Shown in pieces: positions 37,183 to 45,255 of a stretch of DNA of 64,000 bases. The number at the start of each line of letters is the position of its first letter. The stretch's first letter is position 1. This DNA comes from Deltaproteobacteria bacterium (GTDB lineage Bacteria; Desulfobacterota; Syntrophia; Syntrophales; JAFGHS01), in assembly GCA_016928025.1 (NCBI GenBank), contig JAFGLN010000063.1, forward strand, positions 716-64,715, given 5' to 3'. Below the pieces are notes generated by a model that was not told the origin of the DNA, searched no databases, and was given only the letters and a program-made list of their open reading frames with translations. The position numbers and the translations under genes are program-made.

Positions 37183-38090
37183 GAAATCTATTGACGGCCT
37201 TCTTTATTTTGTGCCTTCTGATGGTTGCCCAGGGATGTCAAACGGTCGGTTCCGTGGCCAGCATTGGCGCCGATATCGCGGCGGCAACCGGACAAATTTC
37301 GCTGAAGCAGGCTGAATCCATTAAGCGAAGCGCCCAGGCCGCCGGCCAGGCCTTTGAGGAATTCACCCCGGAAAATGAATATTACATCGGCAGAACCATC
37401 ACGGCCAATATCTTGAATCGATACAAGGTCTATGAAAACAGAGACGCCACGGTGTATGTGAATCTGATCGGCCAGACGCTGGCCAGGGCTTCGGACAAGC
37501 CGGAAACGTTCAACGGTTATCATTTTCTCATCCTTGATACGGATGAGATCAATGCGTTTGCCGCGCCGGGTGGATTTATTCTGGTATCGCGCGGTCTGAT
37601 TCGCTGCTGTCGGTACGAGGATGCTCTGGCCGCCGTTCTGGCCCATGAAGTCGGCCACGTTCAGCTCGGCCACGGCATGGGTGCCATACAGGCCGGCCGA
37701 TATACATCCCTGGGCAGGATTGTGGGGGTTGAACTGGCCAAAAATCTCGGGGACAAGCAGCTGGCCCAGGCGGCGGAAGTCTTTGACGGGACCGTGGGGG
37801 ATATCATGAAGACGCTGGTTGATACCGGCTATCAGAGCAGCCAGGAGTATGCCGCCGACAAAGCCGCTGTGACGATCATGCAGCGCGTCGGTTATAATCC
37901 GATGGCGCTCAAGGACATGCTGGAGCAGATGGCCGGAAGACTCGGCCCGAACTCGGGCGGGTTCGGCAAGACCCATCCGTCACCGCAAAAAAGGCTGCAG
38001 AATATTGCGCCTGTCTTACAGGAAACCGGGACGCCAACCATACCGGCTGTGAGAAAGACCCGTTTTGACAGGATGATGGCCAATATTTAG
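37179..38090 (+). CDS. M48-family Zn metalloprotease lipoprotein
   Basis: 303 aa. Lipobox LLMVAQGC. INAFAAPGG and HEVGH are M48 motifs. ATGA overlap with the SH3b gene. Confidence 0.85.
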   Translation: MRNLLTAFFILCLLMVAQGCQTVGSVASIGADIAAATGQISLKQAESIKRSAQAAGQAFEEFTPENEYYIGRTITANILNRYKVYENRDATVYVNLIGQTLARASDKPETFNGYHFLILDTDEINAFAAPGGFILVSRGLIRCCRYEDALAAVLAHEVGHVQLGHGMGAIQAGRYTSLGRIVGVELAKNLGDKQLAQAAEVFDGTVGDIMKTLVDTGYQSSQEYAADKAAVTIMQRVGYNPMALKDMLEQMAGRLGPNSGGFGKTHPSPQKRLQNIAPVLQETGTPTIPAVRKTRFDRMMANI

Positions 38091-38135
38091 GACCACAAAC
38101 CGATAACACTCAAAAGTACCGCGTAAAGGCTGATC

Positions 38136-40268
38136 ATGAAAAAGCTGATTCACGGTGTCATCATAGGTCTGGTCTCGTCCGCCCTCGCTTTTTTACTTTT
38201 TTTTTCGGGCCATCTCAACTGGCTGGAAAACCTCACCTGGGATTGGCGGGCCAGACTCTTTGCCGCTCCCGGCAAGGCCACAGATCAGATTCAGGTGGTC
38301 ATGATTGATCAGACGAGCCTCGACTGGGCCAAGGAAACTCTGAAGGTCCCCCTATCGTGGCCGTGGCCGCGGCAGCTCTATAATCCCATTTTAGTTGCTT
38401 TGAAACAGGGAGGCGCCAGGGCCGTTGTGATTGATCTCATCTTTACGGAAGCCTCTTTTGCCGGTGTGGATGACGATGAAGCGTTCGGCCAGGCCATTGC
38501 CGACGCCGGGGATGTCGTCGGATCACTGAATCTGAGCAATGAGCAGGGGCTGGAACTCGTCTGGAACCCCCTTGCCCGAGACAATCTTATGAAGGTTGAT
38601 GGGCTGCGGAATTATCTGGGAACCGCCGGGGGAAAAACGGCGGTTAAAACAAGGGCCTCGTTTCCCGTTCAGCCGATGGCGGAAAATGCGGCCATCCTCG
38701 GCAGCGTCATGATCACCCGGCAGGGCGCGGATGCCATTATCCGCCGCGCCATCCCTTTTCATGTTTTTGATGACCACTTTGTTCCCTCCATGGGATTGGC
38801 CGCCTTTGTCAGCACCCACCCGGATGAGCCTATCTCCGTTTCAAAAGATAATCTCCAAATCGGTCCGTACCGTGTCCCCCTGGATAAAAATGGAAACGTC
38901 ATTGTCCACTACCGGGGGAAAAGTCAGACCCATAAGGCTATAAACGCCGCTGCCGTCCTGCAGGCCGGGCTGCAAATCATGGAAGGCAAAAAGCCCGGTT
39001 TGGATTTGTCCGTGTTCCAGGGAACTTATGTTTTTATCGGTGTGACGGCGCCGGGATTCAAGGACCTTCGCCCGACGCCTCTGCAACGTGATTTCCCGGG
39101 AGTCGAACTGCATGCGACCATGCTGGATAACCTGATGTCCGGAGACTTCATGGAAGAAATGCCGATGTTTTTTGTTATTTTATATGCCATCCTGTTTTCC
39201 GTGATCGCCGGCATTGTGATCCGGATGTTGAATAAGGGCTTTCCTGATGCCGTTGCCGCTTTGGTTTTGCTGTCGCTTCCTTTTATTTTGGGCTGCGTGT
39301 ATTACCGGGCCAATACCTGGATGTCCATTGCCGCTCCATCGACGGCTGTTTTTTTAAGCCTTTCTATGTCCATTATTATGAATTACACCTTGGAAGGACG
39401 GCAAAAACGCTATATCAAAAACGCCTTTAAGCAGTATCTCAGCCCGGCGGTCATTGAACGGCTGGTCGCCAATCCGGATAAACTGACGCTGGGCGGCGAA
39501 TTACGGGAGCTGAGCATCTTCTTTTCTGATATTCAAGGCTTTACGTCTATTTCCGAACAATTGACCCCTGCGGAGCTGACCGCCCTGCTCAATGATTATC
39601 TCACGGCCATGACCGACATCATCCTCGCCGAGGGCGGCACGATCGACAAATACGAAGGGGATGCCGTTATCGCGTTCTGGAACGCACCGCTCGATGTTCC
39701 CGACCATGCGAAGCGGGCCGTCAGATCCGCCCTGCAATGCGGCCGGAAGCTGGCGGAGCTCAGACCGGCGTTCAAGGAGCGCATCGGCAGGGATGTCTAT
39801 GCCCGGATCGGTATCAATACAGGGCAGGTTGTGGTGGGGAACATGGGTTCGCATCAGCGCTTTGATTATACCTTCCTCGGCGATGCCGGCAATCTGGCTT
39901 CCCGTCTGGAGGGCATCAACAAACAGTTCGGCACGTACCTGATGATATCGGAATATACCCTGGCACAGCTCGATGGTGAATTTGCGGCTCGTGAACTATC
40001 AAGGGTCCGCGTTGTCGGACGGGCTGAACCCATTCGCGTTTATGAGCCCATGTTCAAAGATGACTATGATGCCCAGGTTGATGTATTGAAGATTTTTGAT
40101 GAGGGGTTGCAGAAATTTTATGCCGGTTCTTTTGAGGATGCCCTGGCCGTCTTCAATCTGATCCGTGAGGAAGATCCGGCCGCCCGGGCTTATGCGGCCA
40201 AATGCCTGACACTGATGGGCCATCCGCCCGAACAGTGGGAGGGTGTCTGGGTCATGACGGAAAAATAA
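38136..40268 (+). CDS. CHASE2-sensor class III adenylate/guanylate cyclase
   Basis: 710 aa. An N-terminal TM helix and a ~300-aa periplasmic CHASE2-like region, then about 3 TM helices, then the cyclase domain (LSIFFSDIQGFTSISE, YEGDAVIAFWNAP, GINTGQVVVGNMGS, YTFLGDAGNLASRLEG). Confidence 0.85.
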   Translation: MKKLIHGVIIGLVSSALAFLLFFSGHLNWLENLTWDWRARLFAAPGKATDQIQVVMIDQTSLDWAKETLKVPLSWPWPRQLYNPILVALKQGGARAVVIDLIFTEASFAGVDDDEAFGQAIADAGDVVGSLNLSNEQGLELVWNPLARDNLMKVDGLRNYLGTAGGKTAVKTRASFPVQPMAENAAILGSVMITRQGADAIIRRAIPFHVFDDHFVPSMGLAAFVSTHPDEPISVSKDNLQIGPYRVPLDKNGNVIVHYRGKSQTHKAINAAAVLQAGLQIMEGKKPGLDLSVFQGTYVFIGVTAPGFKDLRPTPLQRDFPGVELHATMLDNLMSGDFMEEMPMFFVILYAILFSVIAGIVIRMLNKGFPDAVAALVLLSLPFILGCVYYRANTWMSIAAPSTAVFLSLSMSIIMNYTLEGRQKRYIKNAFKQYLSPAVIERLVANPDKLTLGGELRELSIFFSDIQGFTSISEQLTPAELTALLNDYLTAMTDIILAEGGTIDKYEGDAVIAFWNAPLDVPDHAKRAVRSALQCGRKLAELRPAFKERIGRDVYARIGINTGQVVVGNMGSHQRFDYTFLGDAGNLASRLEGINKQFGTYLMISEYTLAQLDGEFAARELSRVRVVGRAEPIRVYEPMFKDDYDAQVDVLKIFDEGLQKFYAGSFEDALAVFNLIREEDPAARAYAAKCLTLMGHPPEQWEGVWVMTEK

Positions 40269-40311
40269 TGTGGGGTCCACAACACCCCTGAATGCAGAAA
40301 AGGTGCACGAA

Positions 40312-41265
40312 ATGAGCAAGATGATCAAAATCGTTTTTCTGGATGCCGCTACAGTCGGCACGGTGAGTAATCTTGCGAAAATCTCATCGTTGGGGGAATA
40401 CACCGCCTATGATCTGACGGAACCGGCCGAGCGCATCGAGCGCATACGGGGGCACAATGTTGTTTTGACCAATAAAGTGGTTATCGATCGGGAGGTTATG
40501 GACAGCTGCCCGGAACTGGAGCTGATCTGCGTCGTCGCTACGGGGATGAACAATGTGGATCTGGATTATGCCGCCCAGCGAGGAATTCAGGTAAAAAATG
40601 TCGCCGGATATTCCACAGAATCGGTCGCCCAATGCACAATTTCGATGTTATTGTATCTCCTTCACAGCAGCGCCTATTATGACCATTATGTGAAGTCGGG
40701 GCGATATGCCGCAAGCCGGATGTTTACCCATTATGGACGGGAATTTTGGGAACTAAAGGACAAGATATTCGGGATTATCGGGCTGGGCGCTATCGGCAAA
40801 CAGGTGGCAAAGCTGGCCGATGCCTTCGGGGCGCGGGTCGTCTATTACTCGACATCAGGCAAAAATCTGGAGGGGATGGGCTATCAACACCTCTCCCTGG
40901 AAGATCTGCTGCGGACGGCGGATGTCGTTTCCATTCACTGCCCGTTGAACGAGCGGACACGTAATCTGCTGGATGACGCCCGCCTGCGGCTGATGAAGCC
41001 GACGGCTTATCTGCTCAATACGGGCAGGGGCGGCATCGTCAATGAAGAAGCACTGGCCGGGGCCATCGAGGAAGACCGGATCGCCGGGGCGGCGTTGGAT
41101 GTCCTGGCGACGGAACCCATTGCGGCGGACAATCCCCTGTTAAAAGTCAGCAAGACCCATAAGCTCCTCATCACGCCGCACATCGCCTGGGCCAGCCGTG
41201 AAGCCCGTGAGCGCCTGATTGATTTAACGGTGAAGAATATCAAATCGTATGCCATGAGCAATTAA
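40312..41265 (+). CDS. D-isomer-specific 2-hydroxyacid dehydrogenase (glycerate/hydroxypyruvate reductase-like)
   Basis: The NAD fold GIIGLGAIGKQVAKLA, plus HCPLNERTRNL, NTGRGGIV and TPHIAWAS. ATG at 40312; the track ORF begins at a GTG at 40270. Confidence 0.85.
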   Translation: MSKMIKIVFLDAATVGTVSNLAKISSLGEYTAYDLTEPAERIERIRGHNVVLTNKVVIDREVMDSCPELELICVVATGMNNVDLDYAAQRGIQVKNVAGYSTESVAQCTISMLLYLLHSSAYYDHYVKSGRYAASRMFTHYGREFWELKDKIFGIIGLGAIGKQVAKLADAFGARVVYYSTSGKNLEGMGYQHLSLEDLLRTADVVSIHCPLNERTRNLLDDARLRLMKPTAYLLNTGRGGIVNEEALAGAIEEDRIAGAALDVLATEPIAADNPLLKVSKTHKLLITPHIAWASREARERLIDLTVKNIKSYAMSN

Positions 41266-41440
41266 CCGTCCAGAAGGAGGACTTGTCTGTATAAACATTC
41301 TTCTTCCACAGATTATTACTTCGGCAATTAAACATGGCAATTGAATCGTCGGAGACCTTGAATATACTGAATACTGTTGTAGATCGTGGTCATATTTTGT
41401 TGCCGAAATAATAATAATGATGGTCCTGTACCAGTCATAT

Positions 41441-41463
41441 TCCCCTCCCTTGGTGGGAGGGGA
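41441..41463. repeat. short GC hairpin (tcccctccc-ttggt-gggagggga)
   Basis: A perfect 9-bp stem in the convergent intergenic region. Confidence 0.5.
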
Positions 41464-41507
41464 TGAAGGGTAGGGGGATCTATAATCACTTGTAATAATG
41501 TTACTTC

Positions 41508-41549
41508 TCACCCTCACCCCAACTCTCTCCCTGTCAAGGGCGAGGGTGA
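41508..41549. repeat. TCACCC...GGGTGA palindromic (REP-like) element, copy 1
   Basis: tcaccctcacccc-aactctctccctgtc-aagggcgagggtga. Its reverse complement aligns with the element at 62500..62537 (shared CGCCCTTGAyrGGGAG core). Confidence 0.55.
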
Positions 41550-41556
41550 TTTTCGG

Positions 41557-42354
41557 CTAACCGACCCGGGCGCTCTGAGCACCGTCCACGGGCAGACACA
41601 CACCGGAAATAAATTTCGCTTCGTCGGAGGCAAGGAACAGGGCGGCGTAAGCCACGTCCCAGGCGCTTCCCATGCCGCCTTTCAGCGGGACCCGTTCGTT
41701 CCGTTTCCGGATCAATGCCTCTCTATCCACACCGGTGGCGCCGGAAATACCGTCGACAGCCATGGGGGTATTCATCAATCCCGGCATAATGACGTTGGCC
41801 CGAATGCCGTATTGAGCGTAGTTGACGGCGATGGATTGGGTGAACGCGTTCATGCCCGCCTTGGAGGCCCGGTAGGCCAGCATGGGGGTGGAGGATATGG
41901 CGGCAATGGAAGACGTATTGACCAAGGATCCGTAGCCCTGTTTTTTCATGACGGGAATGACGAAACGATACATATAATACAGCCCCCGGAGGTTGATATT
42001 GAAGACGGTGTCCCAGCTTTTTGCCGGCATCTCCAGGGAGTTGTTGGCGTCGCCTGTACCGATGTTGTAGACGAATATATCGATGCGTCCGAAAAGTTCC
42101 AGACACTTTTCAACCACTTTCTGACATTCTTCGATCTTCGTGGCGTCGGCCTGAAACGGAACCGCTTCGCCGCCTTCTTTCTCAATCTGGACCCTGGTTT
42201 CCTCGGCAGCCTCAAGGATTCTGTCCACCAGCATTACTTTGGCCCCCTCACGCGCAAAAAGCACGGATATGGCCCTGCCGTTCCCAATGGTTTCACCGGG
42301 CCTTTGTCCGGCTCCGATTACCACAGCTATCTTTCCTTCCAGTCGTTTTGCCAC
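41557..42354 (-). CDS. SDR-family oxidoreductase
   Basis: 265 aa. Motifs AVVIGAGQRPGETIGNG, YRASKAG, and ISGVCLPVDGAQS. Confidence 0.85.
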   Translation of the reverse strand: MAKRLEGKIAVVIGAGQRPGETIGNGRAISVLFAREGAKVMLVDRILEAAEETRVQIEKEGGEAVPFQADATKIEECQKVVEKCLELFGRIDIFVYNIGTGDANNSLEMPAKSWDTVFNINLRGLYYMYRFVIPVMKKQGYGSLVNTSSIAAISSTPMLAYRASKAGMNAFTQSIAVNYAQYGIRANVIMPGLMNTPMAVDGISGATGVDREALIRKRNERVPLKGGMGSAWDVAYAALFLASDEAKFISGVCLPVDGAQSARVG

Positions 42355-42664
42355 TTTTTCCCTCCTCTTAAACTATGAAATTTATGATTTCGTTAAAAAA
42401 CAGCATGTATGGAGGGAGACTATTAAAAGCTCCCTTTACATGTCAATAAAAAAACTTGCCATAAAATATGAAATCTAATCGCGCGTCATACCTGTGATTA
42501 TGCGATAGATCATTGATAGGCTGCGGTTTATGCCATACATTAATCGAAATACTCGGGGGGTATGTCCGACAACACAATTTTTTACTACACAGATTAAGCT
42601 TTCCCAGTTGAATGCCATATTTTCTACTGACTATCTGTTGAAAATAAAAAATATACTTTTTGTC

Positions 42665-42681
42665 CGTCGGAATGTTTTACA
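42665..42681 (+). promoter_or_regulatory. TGT-N11-ACA-type box (copy 1, degenerate first base)
   Basis: CGTCGGAATGTTTTACA. Confidence 0.4.
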
Positions 42682-42775
42682 GTTCAATGAGGAGCCGCAT
42701 TTTCTGATAACCATTAGATTTTATTAAACAATATAGAATAAGCCATTTCCCGGACTAATGAGATGCCGGTCTTTT

Positions 42776-42792
42776 TGTCGAAATGCTTTACA
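42776..42792 (+). promoter_or_regulatory. TGT-N11-ACA box (copy 2)
   Basis: TGTCGAAATGCTTTACA, followed by AATCC as in copy 5. Confidence 0.5.
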
Positions 42793-43199
42793 AATCCATA
42801 ATTTTTAACCTGTTTCCAGGCCCAGTTTGTTTTTTATTAAGAAGGGAGGGTGTTATATTTAAGTAGTTAATATTATGATGATAATATGAATAAACAGGAT
42901 TAAAAAACAATGAAGTGAGAAAGCCGGCAGACCATAAAAAATACATTATTGCTATGTTGTAACATTAAGAATGTATTTACGTTTTACCTAATCTGATGCG
43001 TTGATCGTTTATTTTAAAGTAAACTTTAAATTTGGCGTTTGTTTTGAACTTGGGAGCTTCACTGCCTTTGGGTATTTCTTATTCTCTGAAAAAGACATAG
43101 AGTTCTGTTATTACTATGAAAAAAGGTAGCTTTAAGCTATTTAAGAATATCTAAATAAATTATCGAAAAACTGTTGTTGTTTTTTTATAGAGATGGAAT

Positions 43200-43216
43200 T
43201 GTCGGATTATTTTACA
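43200..43216 (+). promoter_or_regulatory. TGT-N11-ACA box (copy 3)
   Basis: TGTCGGATTATTTTACA, about 140 nt upstream of the -24-like element. Confidence 0.5.
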
Positions 43217-43353
43217 AGTTTTTTATGAAAATATTTTGCCCGCCTTATAAATTACATTGATGACGGAAGTCTGAAAAATAATTCGCGTGAAATATATATA
43301 AATATTAAATGATTATAAAATATTTGAGCCGTTGCGCGTGTAATTTAAAACGA

Positions 43354-43369
43354 TGGTATGGTTTTTGGA
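43354..43369 (+). promoter_or_regulatory. sigma-54 (-24/-12)-like element
   Basis: TGGTAT-GGTTT-TTGGA against TGGCAC-N5-TTGCW. The -24 GG is present; the -12 GC is GG. The same sequence occurs at 45180. It lies about 62 nt upstream of the ATG. Confidence 0.35.
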
Positions 43370-43430
43370 GAAAAATAGTCAAAGGAAAAGTTTTTATTTT
43401 TATAAATTAAGTTATTAGGGAGGTAAAAAA

Positions 43431-44012
43431 ATGAGAAAATTTCGCATGGTTTTGGTCGTTTTAAGCGTTCTGTTGGCTTTCGGCACGATGGCTTATGCGG
43501 CGCCCGTCACGGATGTTGTGCAGTATCCGACGGGTTATTTTGTTCCTGATGATGCATCGAAGTATAACTCTCCATATTACCGATGGTATGGTGAGGATTG
43601 GGGATGGCAACATAATGCTATTGCCGGCACCTTTACATCTGCTACGTTGAGTATCAGCGCATATGATGTGGACTGGGACAATGCCAATTATCCAGAAGTC
43701 GATGAAATTTACGCTTACGATAATGGAACAATGACCCTTCTGGGTACTTTAATCGGAGAAGATGATACCTGGTCATACACGACATTCACTTTGGGATCAA
43801 ATTTCTACGACGATATCAATGCCGGGCTTCAGGTTTACATGAAAATTGATGTGGACAGCCAATGGAGATGGGCTGTAACGCTGGCCAAATCGGTCATATC
43901 GGTCGATGGTGGAACCATTCCCGATCCTGATCCGAATGTTCCCGAGCCGGCAACATTGCTTCTGCTGGGTTTCGGCCTGGCCGGATTGGCAACGCTGAGG
44001 AAAAAGTTCTAA
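43431..44012 (+). CDS. PEP-CTERM sorting-domain protein (paralogue A)
   Basis: 193 aa. Signal peptide MRKFRMVLVVLSVLLAFGTMAYA. C-terminus VPEPATLLLLGFGLAGLATLRKKF. RBS gggagg. Confidence 0.9.
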   Translation: MRKFRMVLVVLSVLLAFGTMAYAAPVTDVVQYPTGYFVPDDASKYNSPYYRWYGEDWGWQHNAIAGTFTSATLSISAYDVDWDNANYPEVDEIYAYDNGTMTLLGTLIGEDDTWSYTTFTLGSNFYDDINAGLQVYMKIDVDSQWRWAVTLAKSVISVDGGTIPDPDPNVPEPATLLLLGFGLAGLATLRKKF

Positions 44013-44044
44013 TGACGGATTAACAAGTCAGCATAGACATTTGA

Positions 44045-44083
44045 AAAGCCCGCCTGCCTGAACGGTAAGCGGGCTTTTTTTTT
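44045..44083. terminator. bidirectional rho-independent terminator
   Basis: aaaagcccgc-ctgcctgaacggta-agcgggcttttttttt. Confidence 0.85.
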
Positions 44084-44116
44084 GCATTGTGCAGCAAATA
44101 TTGAATTTGCTGTGTC

Positions 44117-44378
44117 CTAAATGACCTTTCCCTGGAATTTTTTTGTCCTGCCGTGTTTCAGGTTGATGGAGATTTCTTTGGTCACGCCCTCTTCAATAAT
44201 TACGGTGTTATCCGTGAAGAGGACCCGGTCGGCCACCATCACGGGCGTATCCCATCTCATGGGTGACGACGACCATGATGGACATGCCCTCTTTGCCAAT
44301 TTGTTTCATGATTTCGAGTACCTCCCCCACCAATTCCGGATCCAGGGCGCTGGTCGGCTCGTCGAACAACAACACCTC
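44117..44378 (-). pseudogene. 5'-truncated, frameshifted fragment of an amino-acid-type ABC transporter ATP-binding gene
   Basis: The minus strand reads [47 protein letters not shown], then one extra base near 44224, then [39 protein letters not shown]. No Walker A or N-terminal half is present. Confidence 0.8.
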
Positions 44379-44476
44379 TTATTTCGAGGAGTGTCGTTCA
44401 TTCGAAAAAAGGATCAATGTTAAACATTAAAGAGCGCTAATAAAATCAATTAACAGCATACCGATGTCTTCGACAT

Positions 44477-44493
44477 TGTCGGAATATCTTACG
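44477..44493 (+). promoter_or_regulatory. TGT-N11-ACA-type box (copy 4, degenerate last base)
   Basis: TGTCGGAATATCTTACG. Confidence 0.4.
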
Positions 44494-44588
44494 GTTTCGT
44501 AAGGCGCCTTTATTTTATTCTAAAATATTAATTATATGAATTAATTTAGATGATGCCGTTCACGCGATCTGTCGGGTGGCAGATCTTT

Positions 44589-44605
44589 TGTCGAATTGTT
44601 TTACA
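44589..44605 (+). promoter_or_regulatory. TGT-N11-ACA box (copy 5)
   Basis: TGTCGAATTGTTTTACA. Confidence 0.5.
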
Positions 44606-45022
44606 AATCCAAATTTCGGAACCTGTTCGATAGCCATGTTTGCCTTAGCGTACGACGGGAGGTGTATTTATTCAAGTTATCAATTTTATGTTCATAATCT
44701 GAAAAAAAGCAGCGTTAATAGAATCATTGAAGTGAGAAAGCCGGCAGACCATAAAAGCCAGTACCATTATGCCGGTAACATATTAATATATTTATGGTAT
44801 TGAAGAATTTAATTTCCACCGCACCATGTGTTGTATATTTTATGCTGTAACCCCAATTTACAGACTACTTTACATTGGAGGTAATCATTGCATCTTGATG
44901 TTTTTTAAGCCATGAATTGCATAATGCCTGGTAATTAATAAAAAAAATGATATTTTAAATAGTTGAAAATATATTAATGAACTATCGAAAAAATCATTAT
45001 TACTTTTTACAATGAATTGGAT

Positions 45023-45039
45023 TGTCGGATTAGTTTACA
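45023..45039 (+). promoter_or_regulatory. TGT-N11-ACA box (copy 6)
   Basis: TGTCGGATTAGTTTACA. Confidence 0.5.
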
Positions 45040-45179
45040 GATTGTTATGAAAAAAAATTGTCATCCGCCTTATAAATTAAATTAATGATAATGGCCTAAA
45101 AAATCACTATAGCGAAACATATCATATAATTATATAGTTATAAAACTTTTGGGCGGGGAGGGGGTAAAATTAAAATTAA

Positions 45180-45195
45180 TGGTATGGTTTTTGGA
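45180..45195 (+). promoter_or_regulatory. sigma-54 (-24/-12)-like element
   Basis: TGGTATGGTTTTTGGA, identical to 43354..43369. Confidence 0.35.
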
Positions 45196-45255
45196 AAATA
45201 ACATTTCAAACAGAATGTTTTTATTTCAAAAATTTAGCGATTAGGGAGGTAGTAA

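Larger units (their letters stand above)
42665..44476 (+). repeat. tandem duplication unit A (leader + PEP-CTERM gene + terminator + ABC fragment)
   Basis: Landmarks recur 1812-1826 nt downstream in unit B: three 17-nt boxes, a 29-nt identical block, the -24/-12-like element, the RBS, the CDS, the terminator and the ABC 3' end. Confidence 0.85.

Noticed and set aside
41224-41517. 97-aa minus-strand ORF (…SPYPSSPPTKGGEYD…)
   Set aside because: It is a translation of the intergenic hairpin/REP-like repeats between two convergent genes. This is typical of a spurious repeat-derived ORF.
44576-44803. 75-aa ORF inside the leader of PEP-CTERM paralogue B
   Set aside because: There is no equivalent ORF in the homologous leader of paralogue A. 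The ORF spans the conserved non-coding boxes and has AT-rich, low-complexity codon usage.
42370-45255. Possible CRISPR array or phage/plasmid island, because of AT-richness and repeated short sequences
   Set aside because: The repeats are not regularly spaced direct repeats of 25-40 nt with unique spacers. They are explained by a two-copy tandem duplication. No cas, integrase or transposase genes are nearby.
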